Assembly (NCBI RefSeq): GCF_006345805.1
Contig: NC_043016.1
Location: 8,990,001-9,054,000, forward strand
Direction of reading: 5' to 3'
DNA: 64,000 nt
Origin: Octopus sinensis
Lineage: Eukaryota
Position 1 is the stretch's first letter, and each line of letters starts with the position of its first letter. A program made the translations under genes and the position numbers. Below, piece by piece: positions 45,554 to 58,700 of this stretch. The notes under the pieces were generated by a model. That model was not told the DNA's origin. It saw only the letters and a program-made list of their open reading frames with translations, and made no database searches.

Positions 45554-48500
45554 GTAAGTATCTCGCCCTCCACCTTTTTTACTTACTTTATTCCTTATAA
45601 TTAATCTTTTAAAACATGTTTTCTGCATATTTAAATATCTAGTTGTTGTTTTAAAACGTATATGAATTGCTGCATTGATATGTTTTATTAAAGTAATGAT
45701 TAAATCGAATTTTTATTACAATTTCTGATTCACACATGGTTTTTTGCAATGACGCCATTTATGGAGGAAATGTCTTCCAAATGATTTCTTGGCGATTTTT
45801 ATGTAAAAAGAAAAAGGGCTTTATTGTTACCATTGTTGATTTTTTTTTTTTTTAAAGCTTGTATTTTTATTATTTATATCTAATAACAAACTATGAATCC
45901 TATACACTGCTGCATTAATATGTATATAAAATATATTGTGTCGTTTTTGCATGGTTTTACTGAAACATGGAACTGCAAACATTTAAACCCTCCAAACATT
46001 TTTTTGAAATATGTGATAATTGTTATATGTTAATATTTATGCGACCTGATTGCGGACATTCCAACCATGACCATCCATCCTGTCTTTCCGACAATATATT
46101 AACGACTATTAACTTTCTTGTAAGATGATCGGTTAAAGTTTTGAACTATATAAATTATATATATATATACATATATATATACTCAATCAGCATAGTTTCT
46201 CATATTATATCTGAATTTTAAATTCAGAAGACATAATTTTCAAAATAGATAAGTTGGTTGATTTCTTTACGCAACGAAGAAATAAGTCTGGGCTATGTTG
46301 GTGAAATATAATTTTAATTATTGAAAGGTTTCTGCTATTTCGTAATGTTGAATTAGACGTTACCCCCGACCAATAAGACTTTTCTTTGCATGCGTAAAAG
46401 AAAGGATCCATTTCAGTTTTGGATATTTTCTTATTCTTTGAAGTGTGAGTGTAGATCTAGATGTACAAGATCAGTCTAGAGAGGGTTTCGTGTACGAATA
46501 GCAAAGTTCACGTTTTTTTTACCTTTCGTTTCGTACTTAGTGCAACTACTTGCTTGTTATAATCTATATTAGCGGGTATGGTTGACGGATTATGTGAGCA
46601 TTCGATCAGAAAATGTATCTGCTAATGATTACTGGATAGAAATATTTTTCTGATTCGACAAGATTTATGATCAAAGGATTATTCTAGTCATAACCTTTCT
46701 TTTGTTCTATTTAGGCATACTCTAGATTTATTAAGAGTATTAGTGCTTTGTATATTTGCTTTTTTGTTAAGCTGGTATGGTGTGATATGAGGAACATTTG
46801 CCTGCTATTTTTAACTCTCGAGATTGTACGGACAAGTCTCGTGGCTCGTGAGCTCTAGTTTCTTTAGTGGCGGGAGTGCGCGATTAGTTTTAGATACACA
46901 GTAGTATTACCTGGGTAGATTCACTCTGCGTGTATTGACCAGGAAGGTTACATAGTTGAAAAGTCGGTCATTTGTTGTCTAAGCTAAATAAATGCCGCGA
47001 ATGGCTTCACTTCATGGTTTGTAACGCTTTGTATTTCGGAGCAGTATTAGTGCCGGACAAAATATTTGCTCATATCTCGAGGAAACTTTTCTTGTATTCT
47101 TAAATAGCAACAATTTTATTAAACTAGGGGTAGTTGGGGAGTTCGTCCTGTAAAAGTTGATTCCACACGTGTAAGAAGAGTGCACGTGTCTGTCGCAATC
47201 TCAGCCTAACTCCATGCAGGTTAGGTTAATTGTACTGCTTTTTTTTTTTTTTTTTTTTTGTCGAAATCTGTTGGAGAGTGGGGGGAATGAACGCTTATGG
47301 TGATGGTAGTGCCTTAAAAATAATGTCTCGATTGTGTGACGTCATTTTAAATGTCGGTGGGGAGTGTCTGGAAACACGTGGCTACTTAGTGTGTAAATTG
47401 TGGCTCAGATTTATTCTTTGGCATATCGGGTGTTTTGATACTTCAAAGTTTTCGATTTAGTTTTAAGAAGCCCCATTCTATTGTGCGTAGTTTCGATTCA
47501 ATAAAACGGGGAGTACTGACGAACCCCGAAAGGTGGCGGTGCGAAAATGAACTTCGTTCAGTCTTCTTTCACGAAGATGAAACACGAAGTCCAGCGTGTT
47601 TGACTATAAAAGACTGGCAGTTCTATACTTATTAAATATATAGGGTATTGCTTGAGAACAGTGGTCTCGGTGCGCGCATCCGCGCTAGCTAGTCGCAAAG
47701 TAAATAAAACACAAAATAAATAATTTTTTAAACAAAAAGTAAGGATCGGCTAGTCATGACTAGCTTGCGCCAGTGCGCGCACCGGGACCACTATTCTCAA
47801 GTAGTACCAACATATAATTCTGGGTTCAGTCCTGCGTGGCACCTTGGGCGAGTGTCTTCTATAGCCTCGAGTTGACCAGTCTTGTGCGTGGATTTGGTAA
47901 ATGGAAGCTGAAAGCCCGTCGTATTTGATCAAAGGATTGTATATCGTGTGTGTGCCCACCATCGCTTGACAACCCATGCTGGTGTGTTTACATCTCCGTA
48001 ACATTGCGGTTCGGTAAAAGAGACCGATAGAATAAGTACTAAGATATCAACGATTGAGTCCTGGGGGTCGATTTGCTCGACTAAGATCGGTGCTCCAGCA
48101 TGGTCGCAGTCAAATGATGCAGCTAGGTTTCGTTCTTACCTCCTTCATTTGTGAATTTCCAAGTAGAAATCGAGATCAGCGTCGAAAAATCCATATTAGA
48201 GGGTGTTGTGCTGTCTTGGAAACTAACGAACGAATCTTGACAAGTCTGACGCTTATTCTGATTGATTGCCGGTTTATGTATAGAGTAATGGCTTTTTAAT
48301 GAAAGAAGAATAAAAGTTGTTACTTTAGGACTTACAAGTTGTCTGTTTTCTTTCAGCAACACAAGCCGCAGAAGCAAAAGCCTGGTAAGTCTCCTGCCAT
48401 TAAAGGCAAGAAGAAGAAGACCATTGTCAAATATACAATTGACTGCACACAGCCAGTTGAAGATGGCATTATGGATGTCAGCAAGTTTGTAAGTAAATTT

Positions 48501-50611
48501 CGATTTGGTTTGTCCGTTTCATATTTTGTTGCTTGGAGGAGAATGTCTTGTAGCCAGCATTCAAATGTAAACGTTGAATACTTTGCTGTGGCCCTTTATT
48601 AACTGAAAGTGTGAAGCTTTGAGAGGGTGCTGTGATTGGTTGATGTATCGCCTGTCCAGTGTGTTAAGTAAGTAGATATTTTCAAGATATTAATCATCAT
48701 CATCATCGTTTAACGTCCGCTTTCCATGCTAGCATGGGTTGGACGGTTCAACTGGGGTCTGGCAAGCCCGAAGGCTGCACCAGGCCAGTCAGATCTGGCA
48801 GTGTTTCTACAGCTGGATGCCCTTCCTAACGCCAACCACTCCGAGAGTGTAGTGGGTGATTTTATGTGCCAGGCGAGGCTGGCAGGCGGCCACGCTCGGA
48901 TGGTGTTTTTATGTGCCACCGACACAGGTGCCGGACGAGGCTGGCAAACGGATGATGTTTGTTACGTGCCCACGTGTGGTTAATGCAAACTTTTGATGCT
49001 GTGATTAGCTATGTGGTCATACCTCATATATTGCTGGTTAAAGATCTTTAATTAAATGATACAGTCAACGACATATCTGCCATGCTTAGAAAATCAAATT
49101 GAGGCTAGAAGAGATCCGAAGAAGTACATTGAATATGCAAATGCATTTTGTAGGAGTCTTGATGGGAGGTTCTTTTTAAATGAAGCTAAACTTTTTCATA
49201 GAAAGATGCTTACTTTGTGTTTCTTGGTCCGAAACATTTTATGTTCTAGACACTGGTTTCACTAGGAATATAGTCAGCGAGATAAACATACAATGTCAGT
49301 AATGACAACAGCTATTATAATTAAATCTTATGCTTACATTGTTTGTGAAGTTCTGTTGAAAATGTGCTGATGATATAGCTGTGGGTGCATTTTGTTTTAA
49401 GCTAACATTTATGTTGATTTCTTGTCTAATGTGAAGGCGGCTTTTGTGCCGCCCTCTTGGATGTTAGGGTAACCTTCCCTAAGTTTCCATATTTCTCTTG
49501 CAGGAGGAGTTTTTGCATGCCCGAATTAAGATTAATGGGAAGACAAATAACTTTGACAATAATGTCTCATTGGAGAAGACCAAGTCGAAGATTGTGCTAA
49601 CGGCAGATATCCCCTTCTCAAAGAGGTATGTATTGTTGTTTTTCCGTTTGAGCGGCAGTTTTTTCTAGCAGTGTCATATGAAGTTGTCACTGCATTTCAA
49701 TCTGTTTTAGGGTTAGGGGGAAGGGTATGTTTTTTTCCTTCAGAAATGTAAATAAACCCAGTCTGTTTCTTAAATGAGGGACATACTCGTACGGCACAAA
49801 ATGTTTTCACCTCAATAAACGTCATTGATTGGTAGAAATTGAAGAAGAAAAAACAATAAATATCTTACAAACTATAGAATTTTCTCAATAAAGCCTAGAG
49901 AAAAAGATGTTTTATAAACACATTCTACCAGTATACAAAGTTTAAAAGTGTTTAGTTACGTGGAAATTATTTTGAAAAATTGCTGTTCAAACCGAAAAGA
50001 TCCTGTTTTTCTTAACGTTTCAGCATTCAGATTAATTTATCATACATGCTTGTTGATTTGCATTTTTTAAAGTTAGTGACAGCTTTGATACTTTTAATGT
50101 GATATTATTTGGAGATTAATATTATGGGGTAGGTATGAGATGCTGGTTCTGGTCAGTTTCAACATAAGACCAAATATTTGTGCTGGGTGTGGTTTTATAT
50201 AAATTTGTGCTGCAGAGGGGCATTTCTATTTCAAGTTCAGCTTTCTATGCAGAGGTGATTGTTGATCTAAAGAATGCTAACACTTAAGGCCTGGTTCATT
50301 TGAGATTTGTGACACTGCTGGTTGTGTTCCAATTTCATCATATGAAACCTTGCCAGCCTCAGGTAAGGGGCATTTGAAGATGATGTTGTTTATAGAATTT
50401 TTTTCTTCCTTGTCCTTTGAAGTTGCTGGTGTATAACTCTTTATATTTCTGCTTTATTGCTAGGTACTTGAAATATTTGGCCAAGAAATACCTGAAGAAG
50501 AATAGTCTTCGTGATTGGCTTCGAGTAGTTGCTGCCACTAAGGAATCTTATGAATTACGCTATTTCCATATCAATAATGAGGAAGATGAAGATGATGAGG
50601 GTAATGAATAA
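45545..50611 (+). CDS. RPL22: 60S ribosomal protein L22 (eL22); join(45545-45553, 48357-48488, 49504-49625, 50464-50611), 136 aa
   Basis: Exons give MPA|[44 protein letters not shown]|[41 protein letters not shown]|[48 protein letters not shown]. All junctions are GT-AG and in phase. Confidence 0.97.
47809..48120 (+). mobile_element. SINE family B degenerate copy
   Basis: Homologous body. Further fragments at 8400-8600, 16280-16490, 16760-16900, 19260-19400, 22270-22380, 53650-53890, 56130-56260 and 63240-63410. Confidence 0.75.
48357..48488 (+). CDS. RPL22: RPL22 coding exon 2
   Basis: TTTTCTTTCAG acceptor, TTT|GTAAGT donor, 132 nt; [12 protein letters not shown] motif. Confidence 0.96.
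48695..48960 (-). mobile_element. RTE 3'-UTR repeat copy in RPL22 intron 2
   Basis: Reverse-complement core, closely similar to the 23300-23530 copy. Confidence 0.87.
49504..49625 (+). CDS. RPL22: RPL22 coding exon 3
   Basis: TTTCTCTTGCAG acceptor, AG|GTATGT donor, 122 nt. Confidence 0.96.
49642..50003 (+). mobile_element. GGATCT-TIR MITE with eroded left end, in RPL22 intron 3
   Basis: Internal sequence matches the other copies; right TIR intact. Confidence 0.85.
50464..50611 (+). CDS. RPL22: RPL22 terminal coding exon
   Basis: TAG acceptor; [23 protein letters not shown]; TAA stop followed by AATAAA signals near 50636-50651. Confidence 0.97.
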
Positions 50612-51229
50612 GGCTGGCATTCTTTTGTACAGTGTCAATAAGGTTAATAAATAATTGAAAAAAGTTGCTTGGTTGTTGTGTTCATCTTTGCTTTGTGCGT
50701 GTTCTTTATGTAGTTTTAAAAGAGATCTGAATTGAGTGATATTTGATGCAACAATTTTTAGAAGCTGTTATTGCAAATTTTTTTTTGCTGTCATATTGGT
50801 TTTATTAAGCACCATTCCAGTTTCTTTTTTATTATATTTGAGGAAGGGTGGGGATTTGTTCGCACTTGACTGTTTGTGTTGTATGTCTGTGTAGACTTAG
50901 CTTGTTAGGATTGCATTGAATACCTAATGTTTTAACTTATTTTGAAATTGGCCTATAGCAATCTCAGAAAATGTGATCAAGTGCCTTATAGATATGTTCA
51001 CTTCCGTGTGTATGCATTCCTCAGCTTTGGAGTAGTGGAATATTTTTCATGTTCGTAGTAAATATATTACAAAAGTTGGGTTTTTTTTTTATTCAGAGAA
51101 AAAATATTACAGGGGTTGTGCAAAGCAGTAATATTGATCTCAAATTTCAGTGTTGGCAGATCTTTGTTGTTTAATCAACTGAATTATTTGGCATTCCACA
51201 GACATGTATACTATTTAGCATAGTTCTCG

Positions 51230-51380
51230 GATGGTACTGACTGGCCCCGTACCGGTGGCATGTAAAAGCACCCACTACACTCTCGGAGTGGTTGGCATTA
51301 GGAAGGGCATCCGGCTGCAGAAACTCTGCCAGATCAAGATTGAAGCCTGGTCATAGAAAGCGGACATTAAACGATGATGC
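51230..51380 (+). mobile_element. Internally deleted RTE 3'-UTR repeat copy
   Basis: Shared core. Confidence 0.75.
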
Positions 51381-51789
51381 CGATGCAACATATTAGGGGC
51401 AATTCTTTTTAATCCTATTGCTACCAACCATTCCTGGTTTTAAACAAACTTCTTGTTTAAAAAGATCTAGTGGTAAGAGCTGAACAGCAGATTTTCAGCA
51501 AGTATTTCTACCCTTATAAATTCTTATATTCTAAGGAGGCCCTTCTGCTGGCACATTACCCACTTGGATATTAGGATTATGGTGCATTTAAACCTACCAC
51601 TGAAATTTTGTTAAATGCAAAGAAGTTTTAATAAGGACTGTGTTCCTGTAGAAATGTAGTAAAATAGGGTTTAAATAAATTTATGCCTTTTGGTTTTCCA
51701 CACTGGCAATACCCTGATTGATAATTGGGAGGGATGTTTTGTTGACTGAAATGAGAAAAATAGCAGATCATCTCATTTTAACATATATT

Positions 51790-52320
51790 TACAATAATTA
51801 AATAAAAATGTCTTGAAAATACTAAAGAGCAAATTTGTTCAATAGATTCGCCATTGGCTTCGACCATGGTCTCCAGACGACTTCAGAATCTCTTTTGGAA
51901 GTTGGTAAATGCTGCCATAATCCTTGCCTTCAGTTCATCTTTGGTGTTACAAGAAGTTTTGTTGGTCTCTTACTCATCTGCACCCAAAGGGGGTTACAGA
52001 AATTGACTGCCATGAATGGAAGCATAACATTGCCATCGCTAGTGATCACTTTAGACTCCATAATGTTGACTGGATGTTTGATTTTTATCACTCAGTACAT
52101 ATCCTCAGATTGACACCCAAACACTGAAATGTTCATATTGAAATTCCTGGTGCAAATGCCAAGCAGTACAGTATGTGTCAGTGAATTACATCATGGTGCT
52201 GTTTTTCTCACAGATGGTGCCCAACCGACCCTATTATACTGTGTAGTCGAAAGTAAAAGCAATGCACGTGCGAAATTAAATAAAATGGCAATTTACCCAT
52301 CGCACTCCCTCTCACTATAT
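51790..52320 (-). mobile_element. Internally deleted Tc1/mariner (DD37D-like) derivative
   Basis: The minus strand translates to ETNKTSCNTKDELKARIMAAFTN...SRLETMVEANG, typical of the C-terminus of this transposase group. Boundaries approximate. Confidence 0.6.
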
Positions 52321-53149
52321 ATATATACATATACGGTGGACTTCCAGTTTTCATCTATGATACCACACGGTGGGTCTGGGATTGATCCTTAAATTGTACT
52401 TAATTTATCGACCCTGGAAGGATGAAAGGCAAAGTCGACCTCGGCGATATTTGAACTCAGAACTTCTTAACCGTGTGTCCCTGATGAAAGGCAAAGTCGA
52501 CCTCGGCAGAATTTGTATTCAGAATGTAAAGACAGACGAAATACCGCTAAGCATTTCGCCTGGTGTGCTAACGTTTCTGCCAGCTCGCTGCCTTCTGCAC
52601 GCAAATATATATCAGAATGATGATGTTGGTGATGTAAAGATCTTGTTCTGAAATGAACAGTAAACACAAACTCTAAATACTTGCAGGAATCCGTAATTAC
52701 CACTATGCTTGTACTGGGATTTTTTTTTTCATCTCAGAGCATATACTATACAGATTTGTAGCCTTTGTTGTTGAAAATAAATTCGTTGCAGTTTGTATAT
52801 GCTAAATCTTTAGTGTCTCCCACCATTACAGAGAATCAAAGTTTTGTAAATAATCTTTGATAATGGAAGCTCATCAGTTTTATGTAGAGAATGGACAAAT
52901 GGGTTCAACCTGTAATGGCTAAAACAAATGAAAGAACTTGAGAATTTTCCTAATGGACTAATGATAGGTGTAGGTTAATACAGTCTATTCAAAGATTTAG
53001 AAATGTTCTTTGCTTGGACAATACCCTTCTTATTTCAGTCATTAGATTGTAGCTTTGCAGAGGGGCCATGTTGAAGATATTTTAGTCAAATGAATCGACC
53101 CCACTATCTTTTATTTTAACCCTTTAGCATTCATGTTACTCTGTCATGT

Positions 53150-53470
53150 CTGAGACCCCCTTCGGTCACAACTCAGACCATGGGATTGCACCTAGAAAGT
53201 AACCCTCCCAGGCACAAGTCCGGGCAAGGTTGTTTTATGGAAGACCAGCAGTCGCCCATGCATATATCACCAGTGTTATACAAGGAAAAGGCAAAGGAGC
53301 TGATACAGCTTGGCACCTGTGACGTCGCAACTCATTTCCACAGCTGAGTGAACTGGAGCAACATGAAATAAAGTGTCTTGCTCAAGAACACAACACGCAG
53401 CCCAGTCCGGGATTCGAGCTCACAACCTTATGATTATAAGCTCGACACTCTAACCACTGAGCCATGTGCC
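53150..53470 (-). mobile_element. tRNA-derived SINE nested in a piggyBac-type MITE
   Basis: Minus-strand head GAAGGCACATGGCTCAGTGGTTAGAG...GAGCTCGAATCCCGG; related fragment at 58780-58900. Confidence 0.72.
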
Positions 53471-55653
53471 TTCACTCTGTCATGTAATGCTTATTTATTC
53501 ACATTTTACAAAATTAATCATACATTATTTCATAACTACAAGATTTTGATGATGGGGTTATTTACTTTTAGAATGGCATTGTGGAGTGAGTCTAAGAGGT
53601 CAGATGAAGCAGGTAGAATATTTGGGCTGATTTTAATGCTAAAGGATTAAGCCTGGTACTTATTCTATTGTTCTCATTTGCTGAATCACTAAGTTACAAG
53701 GCCCTAAACGACTTGTCAAGCGGTGGTGAGGCACAAAGACATATATATATGATGGGCTTCTTTTAGTTTCCATCTACCAAATCCATTCACAAGGCTTTAG
53801 TCAGGTTATAGTAGTAGACACTTGCTCAAATACCATGCAGTGGGGCTGAAACCCAGAACTATGTGGTTGGGAAGTAAGCTTCTTGCCATTCCTGCAACTA
53901 TGTGCAATATACTGAATATGAATCAGGCATTGCTGTTTACTTCACAACCATGTGGTTCTGGGTTCAATCTTACTGCACTGTACTGTGAATGAATGTCTTC
54001 TGTAACACTAGATTGACCGATACCTTGTGCTTTAGTAGATAGGGACTGTGGATTGACCATTATATGTTTGTATTGCACTAAATTGCAGAGACTTCTCTTG
54101 TTTAGCCATTGAAAATCTGTAACCAACAATGCTTTTATTCACAAACGTAAACTGAAATACACACTCACATAAATAAAAAATAAAATATTAAGAAAAAAAA
54201 GTTTATTGCAAAAGAAATCAAAAAGCATTAGCATAAATATTTTCGGGCTGATTTATATTTTGGCAATGATCTTAGCTTTCTATAAACATAACCATTCTCT
54301 TGGATGGCTATCTTAACATTTGATTATACAGGTTGAACTAATTCTGTGTTCATTGGATAAGTTGGTGTTAACATTTAATTATGTGCAGCATTAAAAAAGC
54401 TTAAATGGAAATAATTAGTGACATCATTTTTTAACAAAATGTCAATGAATTAATACATCCATTTTTTTCTGCTGTTGAGATCTAGATAAGACCAGAACAT
54501 GTCCAAAAGTTCCGGTCTTATCTAGAAAAATGACAATTTTACTGACTTAGTAATTAATTTTGTATTGGGTTTTTTTTTTTTTTTTTTACCTCAGTACACA
54601 TTTAATATCACAAATGAGAAACAATGGCATTACTGGTTAGAGATTTCCAGCTTTGCCATTCACTGCATTTGTGACAAGTGACAAATCAGTGTAGTTACAG
54701 ATACTGATTTAATTGGCTGATATAAATCCATGAATGTTATATGCACACATATACATATTTGTGTAAGACAGTTTCTATTCTAACATCACAAATGTTTGGT
54801 CAACTTATGAGTATGGTGCAAGACATTTGTCCAAAGTGCCATGCTGCAGGATTGAACCGGAAACTATGTGAATCAGTTGCACTTTCCTTAAACCACACAA
54901 CCATTTATAGTTAAAAAAAACCATTAAATATGTTAACACAAATTTATCTAAGTTATTATGTTATTCCATATAGATGGAATGTATGCACCACAGTTTTAGA
55001 TTATTAATTACTATAGATAGAAATGTCTTTAATTAATTTAGACTTCCAGTTTTGTATATTAGATTCATTTACATAAACTTCCCTTTGGAATACCCAAAGC
55101 AGGTTCAAATCCTTGTTTACATATTTCCCATCTCTCTGTCTGTCTGTCTGTCTCTCTCTCCTTTCTTTCAGTGAAATAGAAATATATGTTTATTATATTT
55201 TATGTTGATCCCAACTTATAAAATGAATATTGAGACATTATCTGAAATCAAATCAAAAAGGAATTCTTTTAAAAAAAATTGCACTGATTTATCATCACAT
55301 TTCACAGACCCCTGTTTTCCAGTGAAGATAAGTGTGGACGGCTGGTTAATCAGCAGAATTGCTGATATTTCTAGTTCCCTACTTGTTATAAAACTTTCTT
55401 GATGACATGTTTCAGGTGAGTTTAGTACCTAAGAGGCATTGGTGTATCTGGTGATTTTTGTTTCTTGGTCCATTTTCTAATTTTTTTTTTCTTTTAATGT
55501 TCAGTGAAAATTGATTCCTCCATTAGTTTATAATCCTTAACTTCAAAAAAAAATTTCACTGGTTTTGAACATTTTATTGTTGTGAAAAGAGCCTTTTGAG
55601 CAAATATGTTCTTGATCATATATCTAATAAGGTCCTGTATCTGGCTTTGGTTT

Positions 55654-55705
55654 TCAACCGCATGTTTCACAAAACACATCGTCTTGAAGATTTGATAAGA
55701 AATCC
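55654..55705 (-). CDS. VPS9-like gene terminal coding exon ([16 protein letters not shown])
   Basis: TTATTCTTGCAG acceptor, phase 2, TGA stop at 55656-55654. Confidence 0.6.
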
Positions 55706-58700
55706 CTGCAAGAATAATGTTGAAAAGAAGAATATTAGTAAAGACAGTGGTGGTGAATACTTTTCTTTATCAATTTGTTTTTTTTTCATATTGCTTTGTG
55801 GTGGTGGGGAGGGGGCAAGAGGGAGTCTGTAAATTTAGACATTGATGTACTTACTGATTGTTGGGCCAGCCAGGTATGTTTACTAGTTGGATGTCTTTCT
55901 AACTGAAGTGTACGTGGGAATCATCATAAATTTAACATCCACTTCCTTATGCTTGCATGAGTCAGTTGGAAATTATTGGGGCAAATTTTCTATAGTCAGA
56001 TGACCTTCGTGTTGCCACCCCCACCCCCACACCTGTTTCAAGCAGGTTAATATTTCTCCATGACCAGACATATTTCACAGAAGCACTCATTTACAACTTG
56101 CTCCATGTTAAGGCAAGGACACAGTAACACACACATATGCATACAACAGACTTCTTTCAGTTTCCACCCACCAAAATAACTATAACTATATTTGCCCAAG
56201 GACCATGCAGTTGGACTGATTCCAAAGCCATATGATTGAGAAGCAAGCTTCTTACCACAGAGGCTCTCTTTGGATTTTCCTAGACCACAATATAAAAGCT
56301 GTAGAAAGATATGAGGATGATCGTTAACAGAGTGGCGTCCGTGCCAGTGGCACATAAAAGGGCAGCATTTGAGTGTGATCGTTACCAGCATCGCCTTACT
56401 GGCACTTGTGTCCGTGCTAGTAGGATGCCAAGAGCACCATCCGAGCGTGATCATTGCCAGATCAGCCAACTGGCTTCCGTGCCGGTGGCACATAAAATGG
56501 CACCATTCGAGGGTGATCATTACCAACATCGCCTTACTGGCACCTGTGCTGGTGGCATGTGTAAAAAGATTCGAGCGAGGTCATTGCCAGTACCGCCTGA
56601 CTGGCCCCCATGCTGGTGGCATGTAAAAAGCACCCACTACACTCTCAGAGTGGTTGTTGTTAGGAAGGGCATCCAGCTGTAGAAACTCTGCCAGATCAAG
56701 ATTGGAGTCTGGTTCGCCAGCCCTCAGTCAAAATCGTCCAACCCATGCTAGCATGGAAAGTGGACGTTAAACTTCTGCAAGGAAGTGTTTGAATTTCTGC
56801 ACATAGGTAGATATTGTTATTTGTTTGTGCATTAAAATGTACAAGTCAGTTGTTTATGTGAATTAACATTTACATACCCTAAATCAGGTTTTTTAACACT
56901 TTTGCTGGTATTAGTACTTGTCTTCGTTGGGACTAACTCTGTAGATGTTATCGAAATCTTCTTACTGTAAGGTCCTGTAAACACAAAACAGCTATATTTA
57001 TAACAAAATCTAAAATTTCACATCCATAGCAAGAACTTGTGTGAGAATTTGTTGCCTCAAGCGACAGTTGCTTAGAAAGCTAAAATATTAGGGAAATTTT
57101 AAAATTGAATGAAAGGAAGAAAAAATATTTTTATGTTGATTTCCAGTGCAAAAGGGATTTAAAGGGCGTGGCTTTCTCTTTAAAAGGAAGAAAATATTGT
57201 AGCAAAGAAACTGTTTATTCCATAGTCCGGAATACACCATTTTGTGGAAAAGTGTTCTTATAGCTGAGATTATGTACCTTTAACTACTAGATCATAGTCA
57301 ATCGTAAACATTCTGCTACATCAATAGACTTCCTGCATTTGCAGCACATTGCTGGGGTACCCTTTCTCTATCTTCTTTCACTACTACTACTACTACTACA
57401 ATTATAGATTCTATTCTTAAGAACTTAAATGGTTACAATCACATCTGTTGTACTCTGCTTTTCAACTAAAATAAGCATACTCATTACCAAAATCTGTTCT
57501 TATAATAGATCTGGACTAATAAACAACTTTTGAAGTTAATACTTGAATTAACCTTTTAGTATTTAAACCAGCCATGACCAGCCCAAATAATATTCTACTT
57601 ATTTTATGCTCAAGCCAGCCAGATCTGGCCTCTCACACCTACCCTACAATGTCATTTTAAAAATATGCAATTACATCATTGAAATCTCAAAGCTGTAAGA
57701 TAAGGCCTCGCCTGGCCCCCGTGCCAGTGGCACGTAAAAAGCACCATCCGATCGTGGCCGTTGCCAGCCTCGCCTGGCCCTCGTGCCGGTGGCACGTAAA
57801 AGGCACCATCCATCCGTGGCCGTCTGCCAGCTCCGTCTGGCACGTAAAAAGCACCCACTACACTCACGGAGCGGTTGGCGTTAGGAAGGGCATCCAGCCG
57901 TAGAAACATTGCCAGCCAGATCAGACTGGGCCTGGTGCAGCCTTCTGGCTTCCCAGACCCCAGTTGAACCGTCCAACCCATGCTAGCATGGAAAGCGGAC
58001 GCTAAATGATGATGATGATGATGAGTAGGAATAAATAAGGATTACATTGAATAGTTTGAATGCTAAGGGGTTGATTTGACAGCATGTTTCTCTACCTCCA
58101 CGTTTATCTGCAATCACAACTCTAATAAAACAAGTCTGATTGTCCAACCAACTAGAAAAAGTAGCCAAACTTTGTTCTGTCACCTTATAAAAGAAGTACA
58201 TATTGAATAACAATGTTCCAAGAAAAGAAGATATAGGTGTGTCTGTTCTGTCAGAGTTGACCCAGGGTTAAACAGTAGCAATAGTGCCAATGAATAATCA
58301 CAAATTCCACTTACCAAATATACTACTAGTCCTCTTATTCTTAACAGGTGCCTCTTCATTGGATATCTCCCTGAGACGTCTTGTAATATTGTCCATTGTT
58401 TCATCTAAACTTTTTGGCGGCCGGCGCCTTTCCAGGTGAGTATTTAGTGACGTGACTCCAGATGAGGATTCGCTATATTTCATACGTGCACCCATTGCTT
58501 CTGACTAAAAATTAGAATTATACATCAGACAGATGTATATATATATATATATATATATATAGCAAACACAAGGGGATTATAAAATAATCTAAGTGGGATT
58601 CTCAATCACCACTCCTGCAAATGCTGGCTAAAAATGTGAATAAAAGTGGAAACCATTTATTCAGTCTAAGATCCCAAGAATTACAAATTACTTAGAGTGT

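Noticed and set aside
47001-47020. ATGGCTTCA as the RPL22 start
   Set aside because: No proper donor and no TOP tract; ATG CCA GCT|GTAAGT at 45545 fits much better.
45554-50463. Intronic snoRNAs expected in a ribosomal protein gene
   Set aside because: I found no RTGATGA...CTGA pair with a terminal stem and no convincing H/ACA layout by eye. A snoscan/snoGPS/Infernal run is needed to exclude them.
55494-55679. 61-aa ORF as the last exon of the minus-strand gene
   Set aside because: The upstream exon ends in phase 2, which selects the frame ending at 55654; this ORF is in a different frame.
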